The notes under the pieces: generated by a model
The model's database searches: none
Told to the model about the DNA's origin: nothing
What the model saw: only the letters and a program-made list of their open reading frames with translations
Shown: piece by piece, positions 12,469-22,338 of the stretch
Layout: every line of letters starts with the position of its first letter
How positions within the stretch are numbered: the first letter of the stretch is position 1
Assembly: GCF_964204645.1 (NCBI RefSeq)
Contig: NC_134026.1
Span: forward strand, 22,416,150-22,480,149
DNA from: Tubulanus polymorphus
Taxonomy: Eukaryota > Animalia > Nemertea
DNA: 64,000 nt
Direction of reading: 5' to 3'
Program-made: the position numbers and the translations under genes

Positions 12469-15400
12469 ATGGCGTCTTCCAATGAACCACACGTGAAAAT
12501 AAAGCAAAATGCGAACATAAACTGGAAACCAGTCACTTTTAAATCAGATGGAGATTTTGATGGCCTCGCCAGTATAACAGTATTGGAAGATTATGAAATC
12601 ATCGGTGGTAAAATAGTTCCTAAGTCACGGCAGGAGCAGAATGTAAGAAATGGTATTGAATTGACTTGAATTTATTGATACCTGTTTTCAGTTTAATAGG
12701 GTTGCACTTTTTAATTAGATATCGAAGATTTTAGGGGCTCACATCCTCGATTGTCGGGGTTTAATTTATCTTACACCAACACATACCCTGGTTGCATTTC
12801 CTTTGTTGGTCTTCTAATCATTACATCTTGGCGGATATAGTCTGAACTGAACCAGATGATGTACGGGTTCCCTACTACTTGTTAGAGAACAACAGATAGG
12901 TACTAGACTAGGGCAGACAGTTTGCCCTTTGGTCTGTATATCTAGCCAATCAGATACATTTTTTTGGTAGAACATCTGAATACATAGGCCTAAACTGTCC
13001 GCCGAAGAAATCTTGGAAGTCAGTGTTATGGCATAGTGAAGGAACTGCGGCTGCAAGGTCTGTGTTGGCATGAATTTTGACTGGAGGCAATCAAACCCTG
13101 GCAAGGATAGGGCCCATCACATATGGCTGCCATCCTGAGCTCTGCTCCATTATCCTTGAATTTTGTGTACTTCTTACGCTAATATAAGAATTTGTTTTAG
13201 AAATCTTCGGCGTACCCTTCTCTGAGTGCCAAAACCAAAAGTGAGAAAACGAAAACAAAAAAGTTCAAGAAACTTGTTGGAAAGCAAGAGAAAATTGACA
13301 CTGTAGAGAAAAAGAATGAAACAAAAAATAAAAAACCAGATAAAATAGACAATTCTTCACCAGTTGTAATGGAAGAAACCATTTGTGAACCACATAATAC
13401 TTCTCCAAAAACTAGTGAAGGGGCTAAACCTGAAAGTCGCAAACAAAGAAAGACCCGACTTTACAAAGAAAAGATGACAGCCAATAAAAAACAAAAAAAG
13501 GAACGATTAGCTGCTAATAGGGCTGAAGATAAAGCAAGAAAAGATCAAGAAGCCAACGAAAAAACTAATGCATCTGTGAAAAAACTGAAAGAGCAAACTC
13601 CAAATTCCAAAAAAAGAAAATGTAAGTCAATTAAATTAGATTCAATAGACAAAATTTTAGTTGTCTTACAATTTCAAAGTTCACTCATGATTTCATCTAT
13701 GCAGCCAAAAATGAAAATAAGAAATCAGAAAGCAAAAAGATTAAGTTGACTTGTAATGATGATGAAAAACAAGATAGTGATGATAATGAAGATGATGGTG
13801 ATGATCGCAATTTCAAGGATGATGATGACGATGATAATGATTCGAAAGATACTTTTGATGTGGAGAAAATAAAAAACGGTGAGCTATGTATGATTGTGAT
13901 TGGAATTGACAAGAGATAACATCTTTGAGCATAAATTTGACGTATAAATTTCTGATTGATTTTTCTCATAGAAATGACAGCTTGGAAAGATTTATTTGTC
14001 CCTGATCCAGTACTAGCAGCATTGTTTGATAAGGGTTTCACTTCGCCAACACCTATACAAGCCCTAACACTACCTTCTGCTATTCGAGATCGAAAGGATA
14101 TCATTGGAGCGGCAGAAACAGTAAGTCGTGAAAACGTTAGACTCATTTCAGAAATATCTGTGATACTTTTTGATTAGTTATGATTTTAATGGGGCTTAGT
14201 CTATGGGAATAATGCCCTAATTGGTTATTTTATCTATGGCTAATGTTTTATGGCTTTTTCAATAATTTAGTAATTCAGTCTAGCCTTCATTTTATTTAGT
14301 GTCTGAACTTCATAATTGCGTTTTTTAGGGCAGCGGAAAAACACTGGCTTTTGGAATCCCTTTACTAAACAATATCCTATTGAAAAAGATGCAAGCAAAT
14401 CGTTCAAATTCAGAAGAAAGCGATGATAATGAGGATGACAATGATGGAAATGATGCTATTTCTGCGGCAGATGATGAAGGTTTGGAAAAAGATGACATCA
14501 CGGAACAACTGGATGATAATGAATATGAAGATGAGGAGTCTGATGGTGCAGACGAAAGCAACGATGTAGATAATGAAATGGAAGGGGATGAGGTAAGATG
14601 CTAACAAAAGAGCGTTTTGGAATGATGATGATGAAGTGCCAGGGTAAGATGCTAACAAAAGAGCGTTTTGGAATGATGATGATGAAGTGCCAGGGTGCTA
14701 TATTTTATAGATGATCTCTCACAGGATTACACTCGATTCATTTGCAAGGTAATAAATCTGTCATCAGTGATTTTGCAATTTAAGGATGAAGATGAAAGTC
14801 TGGATGGTGAAGGTGATAATTCCGATGTTGGAAGTAATCTAAGTTTCAGCGGTGAAGATGAATGGGATGAATCAGAGCTGAGTGTACCGGTGGAAAAACT
14901 ATTCAATTCTGTAAATGATATTGCACTGTCTAAAGACAGTGTAGACGACGTTCATGAACAGAAACCCGTTATTTCTGAAATGAATCAACGACTTTACTGT
15001 CTTATATTGACCCCTACTCGGGAATTGGCTGTCCAAGTGAAAAATCACCTGGAAGCTGCTGCCAAATATACTGGAATAAAGGTGATTTCGCAATTTATTT
15101 TAGAGTATCAAATTTTCATAGTTATATCCATCGGCAACAAGTGTAACTTTCTGAATGTTCTAGGTAGCTGTTATACTTGGTGGAATGGCTCCTCAAAAAC
15201 AGTTGCGCATTTTGAAACGTCGTCCTGAGATTGTCGTCGCCACACCAGGTAGATTATGGGAACTGATTCAAGAGGTTTGTATTCGATGACGTTCCATCTC
15301 ATTGGAACCAAATTCAGTTTTGAAGTTGACCCAAATGCATAGCTATTCATTCAACAAATACCATGATGTCACGGTAATACAATACCACGATCAAAAATAT

Positions 15401-17432
15401 TTTCTTGTATCTTTTAGGAGGAACCTCATTTGTCTCAAGGTGTAAAAAACCTACCTTTCCTAGTCATTGATGAAGCTGACCGAATGGTTGAAAAGGGACA
15501 TTTTGAAGAATTGTCGAATTTGTTAGAATTGATTAATGAGTGAGTATGATTACAGTAATGATTACAGTATTATTGTTTTTCAATTCCTTATCTGTATAAC
15601 ATTATTTATTGTTCTACTTGCAGAGATGAGAAATTGCGTTTGAAAAGGCAGAATTTGATATTCTCTGCAACTTTGACATTCGTACATAAGGCACCAAACT
15701 GGTTGTCGTATAAAAAGAAGAAAAAGCGTCAAAAACCAGTCGACTACACTTCCAGTGATAAACTAGGTTTGCGCCTGACATTGTAGCAACAAGGAAGGCA
15801 AAAACTTCAACTTAATTACTGTGATTTTATGTTTTTCAGATTCGCTGATAATGAAAATCGGTATACGTGAAAAACCAAAGATCGTCGATTTGACACGGAA
15901 AATGGGAACTGTAGAAACGTTGACCGAAACGAAAATCAACTGCCGAAGGGAAGACAAGGATATCTATTTGTATTATTTCTTGTTGTTGTACCCTGGTCGG
16001 ACACTGGTGTTTGTGAACAGTAAAGATTGTTTACGACGACTGATCTCGATTTTGACTCTGTTGAAATGTAACCCTTTGCCATTGCACGCTGATATGCACC
16101 AGAAACAGAGATTGAAGAATTTGGATAAATTTACAGGTATTTTATTTAGAGCCGGAGATATTTGGATTTTCAACTTTGTCGGTGATCATGTTTTCAGGAT
16201 GAAATTTTGTCTTATTTTATTTGCAGCTAATCCTAAAGCTCTGTTGCTAGCTACCGATGTGGCCGCTCGCGGATTAGATATCCCAGATGTCCAACACGTT
16301 ATTCATTATCAAGTACCAAAAACGACTGAGGTATTATTTCAACCGGTACCCACCCTCTGAAAAAGTGGCCTTCTTATATGGCATCACTCATTACTAGTTC
16401 AAGGCAAAATGTCATCATAGGACTTATGGGGTTGCCATAATTTCTGAAAGTCTTGTTGATAGTATTTTCTATTTCCTATCAGAACTATGTTCATCGAAGT
16501 GGACGGACGGCTAGGGCTACAAAAGAAGGTCTCAGTGTAATGTTGGTCAGCCCGTCTGATATTCGAGACTACAGAAAAATTGTAAAAGCTTTAAACAAAG
16601 GTTAGTAATGTACATGGCTTGTTGAATGATTTGTAGATTGAATGAGTACCGTGAGGCTACATTTGATCAATATGATATATACAATGTGTTATTTAGATGA
16701 AGAACTGCCTACGTTCCCAGTACAAGAGGAATACCTTCCCTGTGTCAAAGAGAGAGTGGCAGTTACCATTCAAATAGATAAATCAGAACATGGGTAAATA
16801 TCGGATTTGATGATGTTGAGAAAAATTTGCGACGAGCGTTTCAAGTATATCATCTATTAGTTAAACAATCTTTTTTAACAGTTTTTCAAAAAGAAAACAT
16901 GAAAATGATTGGTTTATGAAGGCAGCCAAAGAAGCTGATCTAGACCTTGATGAAGAATTGTATCCTTTCTAATGTCAATATTTGACAAGTTATAACGAGT
17001 AATTGTGGCGATCATGTCTTTTATGAAACTTAACTCAAAAACTCAGAATTTATGATCTTGGGGATGATGTCGAGAAAAGTGATTTACAAAACAAATTGAA
17101 GGGATTGAAAATGGAATTGAGTATTTTGCTGCGTCAACCAGTTGCGTTGAGAGGATATTCTGGAAAGTATCCAACAAAATCTGGAAAGTTACAATCAATT
17201 TATATGGCTGGTAAGTATTATTGGTCATTCTTTTTCAATCCAAATTTCTATAAAGCTTTTCTGTATTTGTCTTTTGCTTTTTCATTTTTCAGATAAGGTG
17301 ACCGATGCCCTGAAAACAGCTAAGCAGGAAAAAGATATTCTGAAAAGACTTCAAACTAAGTCATCGAACAATTTGAAAAAACGGCGCCGAAAAAAGAAAA
17401 AAGTGCAAACTGTTTCAAACAGTGATGAATAA
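12469..17432 (+). CDS. DDX24: ATP-dependent DEAD-box RNA helicase DDX24/Mak5
   Basis: Exons: 12469-12642, 13201-13621, 13705-13878, 13972-14120, 14329-14592, 14785-15081, 15164-15274, 15418-15539, 15624-15766, 15840-16136, 16227-16330, 16483-16600, 16697-16793, 16882-16959, 17047-17210, 17293-17432. Motifs: [31 protein letters not shown] (VIDEADRM), SAT, ARGLDIP and [11 protein letters not shown]24 hallmarks include AWKDLFVP, an acidic insert between motifs I and Ia, [14 protein letters not shown] and KYPTKSG. Confidence 0.93.
14593..14694 (+). repeat. Perfect 51-bp tandem duplication at a DDX24 intron 5' end
   Basis: The unit gtaagatgctaacaaaagagcgttttggaatgatgatgatgaagtgccagg occurs at 14593-14643 and 14644-14694. 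Confidence 0.9.
16960..17046 (+). other. U12-type GT-AG intron in DDX24
   Basis: The 5' splice site is GTATCCTTT. A branch-like CTTAAC lies 12 nt before the intron's 3' end, and the acceptor is A-rich (tcaaaaactcag) with no pyrimidine tract. Splicing gives the in-frame LDEEL-IYDLG. Confidence 0.8.
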
Positions 17433-17927
17433 AATTGTTGTGGTTTTAAATCAGTTTTGTAATTTTGTAGTCCTTTCATAGAAGATAACAGGATTGTCCT
17501 AGGTTCGAACCAGCTTCTGATACCACCGATTCTGATTCTAAAGAGAATAAAAAGTCCTGGTCTCCATGTTATTGTTATAAGATATTGTCTGGATCCATCG
17601 AGGGGTTTAAACCAAACACTACACTGGGTTTAACTCGCACATCTTTGGCTTGTTCCCAGGAACCTGTAACAACGACTGGTATTCGGACTCTCTTGGCCCT
17701 TACGACATACAGAACTAGAACGATCATTCTTTCACAGAAATTCCACCACCATTAGATCCGGACTGGTATAGGAGTTTCAACGTTTAATCTTTTGTGTGAA
17801 ATATTGTAACCTTTGCATGCCAATAATTGGTTAGAGTGAAATAACCCCTTAGTGTCACTAGCACTGGCATGCGAGTGTTTCAACCATTCTCCCCCGGGAT
17901 GTGCTGCCACCGTTTAAAAACTTCAAA

Positions 17928-19261
17928 ATGGCTGGTATCCGAGGTAATGTTTACCGCACTAAAACACTTTAAACTATCCATTCGTTGCTGCAATGAGAAC
18001 AAATAGCTTCAGATACCAAATGTTTTAATGAAATTAGACCCTTCACTGACCTGTGAATAGGCACCGAAATAAATTCAGCCAGCTAGGCTTTTTTGGGGAC
18101 AGTTATTAATAGTACTAACTACCAGATTTGCATACTGAATAAAATAAAAACGAACCGACCTTTTTTGTTATCTAAACTCAAGTAACACTAATTCTTTGCT
18201 AATATTTTCCCTTTCATGCGAACCTTGATTGAGATTGATTTTTGACGCATCTCATTTACAGCGTAAGTAGATATATTCTCTGAACTGTCGGTTTTTATTT
18301 TTAGTTTGTGACTGGTTGTTGTGATACATTTTGATTTTAATTAAAGAATGATTTAAAAAACCTTTAAAATTTTACTTTCAGTTTGGTCGCCTTGGCATTT
18401 TCAGCAGCAATCGGCATTACACTACTCGTGTTAGGATGTGCTCTACCACAATATCAGTGAGTCTTTCAATCATGATACAGGCCGAAATTATCCTTACGTC
18501 ATACGATTAGAATGATAATATTTTGCTGTATTTTGGATAAAAGACTTTACCGCCAATTGTATTTTTGTAACAGAAATTGGTGGCCGATGTTTGTTATATT
18601 GTTTTACGCACTGGCGCCGATACCGACGATGGTATCAAAGCGGTTTTCAGCCGACAGTGGAAGTAGTGCGTTGATAGAAGCTATGCTGTTCCTAACGGCA
18701 GGAATAGTTGTGTCAGCTTACGGTTTACCTGTGGTTTTAGCTCACACACCTCTCGTCAAACCCGTGGTAAGATCAAATGAATTATGGCCATCTTTGAAAA
18801 TCATCGGAATTTATGTAAGATCTAAATCAATTGACTTCTCAAATTCTTCCGACTCGGGATTAGCATCATAGATTAGCATCAATTTCAGGCACAATGTTAC
18901 CTTACATATAAAACCATTTCAAATTATTCAACAGTAGATAAATCCAGCTGAAATTTAACACATTGAAGTTGTTATACACTGTATATACTGTATAGATTTT
19001 TGGGGCTATCCATAAAGAAGGTGTGGGTGTGTGGAATAAACAATTTTTGCTAATAGAGATCATACCTTAAATATATTCAGGCGTTTTAGATGTAGGGCAA
19101 AATGATATTCCGGGAAAACTGATTGTAGGTATTGTTTGTTGTTTCAGATTCAATGGGGAGCATGCGCACTTGTAATGGCCGGTAATACTGTTGTATTTCT
19201 AACTATATTAGGATACTTTTGGACATTCGCGGAAGATGATTTTGACTACAGCATGTGGTGA
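17928..19261 (+). CDS. LEPROT: Leptin receptor gene-related protein / endospanin (VPS55 family; LEPROT/LEPROTL1 co-orthologue)
   Basis: Exons: 17928-17943, 18262 (1 nt), 18382-18456, 18574-18766, 19148-19261. Translation: [48 protein letters not shown]...FLTAGIVVSAYGLPVVLAH...IQWGACALVMAGNTVVFLTILGYFWTFAEDDFDYSMW, collinear with vertebrate LEPROT/LEPROTL1. A candidate AATAAA lies at ~20874. Confidence 0.93.
18262..18262 (+). other. Predicted single-nucleotide exon (C) of LEPROT/VPS55
   Basis: The context is tttgacgcatctcatttacag-C-gtaagtag. G (end of exon 1) + C + T (start of next exon) gives GCT, the conserved Ala6. Direct joining of 17943 to 18382 is out of frame. Confidence 0.8.
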
Positions 19262-20554
19262 GACCTCGTGCCGGTCTAGAAAAGATCATTTCATTCGGAC
19301 CTTATGATTTTATACTACGTCCATTTTTAAGAAGTCTGTTTTAGCAACAGCCATTGAGTGGTTAATGCCTGTTGAAAATAGTGACACCGTCGAAGTTGAG
19401 TTGGATAAACTTTGCTTCGATTGGCGCCAAATTGGTGGAAAAATGATTTCATTTTGCAGTTTGCTAAAAGAGATTGAGCCATTTGGAGTAAGCATATCAT
19501 TCATTGTCCCTAGTTAAATGTTTGCGAGCAGGAATTACTGTGATATCAATTCATGTATGTATGCAGCTACTAGTTAAATACCCTGTCGCTTAATAAAGCC
19601 CCAACCTGGACAACATTGCCTCTGAAGCTCTTCAGGTAGCACTGAGCGCATGCTGATCGGGCGGCATTTCTGGTACGGTGCTGTGCAGAACCCTGATTCC
19701 TGTGAAAGATGATCAAAACTCTAAAATTCCAACATTCGCCAGCAAAATTTTGTTCCATTATTATTTTGTCCATGTAAAAACAAGGTTTTTTTACTGCATT
19801 ATATATCTTCTGCCATACTGCAACTACTAGATTGTGCTAAATGCAAGGACACATATTGATTAGTTTATCATAATACATACATGTTTATCATTATAAAATC
19901 ACTATAGATTCATGCAGAGTTTCATTCATACACTAAATCTGCATGATCTGCTACTAGGGAAACGGTAAGATACTATAAGTTCCTAAAATATTCTCACCAA
20001 TGTTTGCATTTTTTGAGTAATGCATATGTTGGAGAAATGGCAAATTTATGCGTGTATATACCCCTATGTAAATGTACTTAATGAATTTTGGGTGCGCTTA
20101 CTCTAAATAGGTGTATAACTACCAAAGAATGGGGAACCGGCACACCAGCTATCCCATCAGATTGCGCCGCTGAGATATCAGACGAACTTGATCAAAATTA
20201 GTTCATTTTCAAGTAATTTTGATCTCGATTTTCGATCTTCCAATCAGAATATTGGGCATATCATGCATCGAAAAAAACTCTGATTAGTCTTTAGAGATCA
20301 GATGTGGCACAATTTTCATACACCATGCATAGAATTTGAGAAATTATTGTTCGATTTTAATTAGAGTTTAAGAAGAAATCCAGCATTGATGTCGTACTGT
20401 AAAAAAGTGAACCTGGCGTATGATGGTGGAATTTCGTTTGCCACAGTAACATTGCCAGTACCCCAACATCAATAATCTGTATTGGGTGAAATACAGAATT
20501 TGAATATTCAGTTTCAGTACCTTGTATGTAATATTCAATATATTTTGGCATTTA

Positions 20555-20702
20555 CTGTATTCTCCCAGGCAAGCGCCCCCCTTTATAATTTGTAATTTTT
20601 GGCAAGAGACCCAGGGGGCGTTTACCATGGAGGTTTCCTTAATCTCCAAAGAACAGGTGGGGGCGTTTACCGTAGAGGGGGCACTTGCCTGGGAGAATAC
20701 GG
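20555..20702. mobile_element. Tc1/mariner(pogo)-type MITE, 148 bp, in the probable LEPROT 3' UTR
   Basis: 26-bp TIRs (ctgtattctcccaggcaagcgccccc versus rc ccgtattctcccaggcaagtgccccc, 2 mismatches) with TA on both flanks. An internal gggggcgtttacc occurs twice. Confidence 0.85.
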
Positions 20703-22338
20703 TAAATATCTTTATCTTAAGAGGTTCGGCCCTTCCTACTATTTGGGGAGTTGTGAATTTTAGTTGTTGTTTGTTAAAGAGCCGTGTTTGTAAAATATGA
20801 ACACTGAGAATTATAATTGTTATTAAATTATATTTGTGTACAGATCATCGTATTTTATCATCATCATCATCATAATAAAATTGATAAATTGTGATAAAAG
20901 AAAGATTTCATATCTTCTGGATCAGGATTAGTATGGTGGTTCTATCTGGCAATAAGAGGACTAGACTTGAAGCGGTAGATGTCAGAGCCCTTAAATTGCC
21001 GTTTCATAGTCCAAGTGTGACTTCCAGAATGTAGTTCGAAGATGGACCTATACATCATGACCTAAATTTCAGGGATGGGACATACCCTCAAGCCAGTTGA
21101 GCTAACATTTAAGTCCGAATAAAAAGATCTAGTCCAATAAATCGTTATTTCCATTCTATATCGATCAGCCTATGCAACATCTCGGTTTTGTTGACTCGTT
21201 TCTCCTAAATCAGATATGATCACGATGTAGATCAGCAGCCGGTCTAGCTCATTGAAGAATTGTCTCCTAAGTGGGAGGAGGATTCCAAAGGACAGTGAAA
21301 AAAGTAACTATTTGAAACTTTGAAATTAATGAAATTACCAGAATTTTATACTTTTTATTTACAATACGCCATTACGTTCTACGTGCTTTAATAATCTGCA
21401 GCTGTATCAAAGAAAAACTAAATACGAAAAATCAAAAGGAAGGCTCGCACAAATGATAGCAAACGTAAATAAATGCGAAATCGAAGACTATTTTTGAAGT
21501 TAACTTTTCAACTAGATCTCGTTCTGAGAAAGCATAAATATTTTACAAGTTAAATGACATACTCTAAACTCTAGTGCATCTTGGAAAGCGAATACATTTT
21601 TGATATGTCGGTACATATACGCATATTTACAACTATCTTCTTGTATATTTACTACTTAAGCATGTATAATAAATTAGGTACCGTATAAATATCAAGGACA
21701 ACAGGATAATTATGACCAAAAATTCAATTGAATTTCAATTTTCGGAAAAAAGCGTATCAAAGTTCAGAATAACAAGGTTCCACTGTGCAATACGATCTTG
21801 CTTAACAGTCGCTGGTTTTTGCTATCCAACTTGATTTGAAGAATCAAATATATATTCTGAAATTTTACAATGCATTGTTTTCCCATGTGTATGAACCCTT
21901 TAAAAACTAGAATATTACAAATAGCTCATAAGCCATGTATTCAAGTGTGTTATGATACAATGCTCGACTCTGAAAAGCTGAAATATTTGTATAGCACATT
22001 TTTTTCACGAAAGTATTTGTACAACTTCGAAAAAAGATATCTTTTACTATATCAGTGTCAATGTATATTTTTTAAATGAAAAAAATATAAGTATAGAATA
22101 CATAAATAATCAATTAGGATCAAAAATCTTTCAAAGCAAACTTTCAGGATTGTAAGTAAAATTGATGTCAATATCATGTACAATAAAATTTGTTGTAGCT
22201 CAAAATATGAACGAAAGCACGTAAATAGACACGCAAGAAATTTGGAGCCCTCGCCACACTACTTATAGAATTAAAAGCCTCATTTAATGATGATGGCTTA
22301 TCACAAAGGTGGCATAACGGCATAATAGTATGAATTTG

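Noticed and set aside
13697-14658. Antisense Ser-rich and Ile-rich ORFs over DDX24
   Set aside because: Shadow frames of the acidic GAT/GAA-rich exons on the plus strand.
14620-14790. ATGATGA C-box-like motifs in a DDX24 intron as a possible snoRNA
   Set aside because: They come from a (GAT)n run, with no suitably placed CTGA D box or terminal stem.
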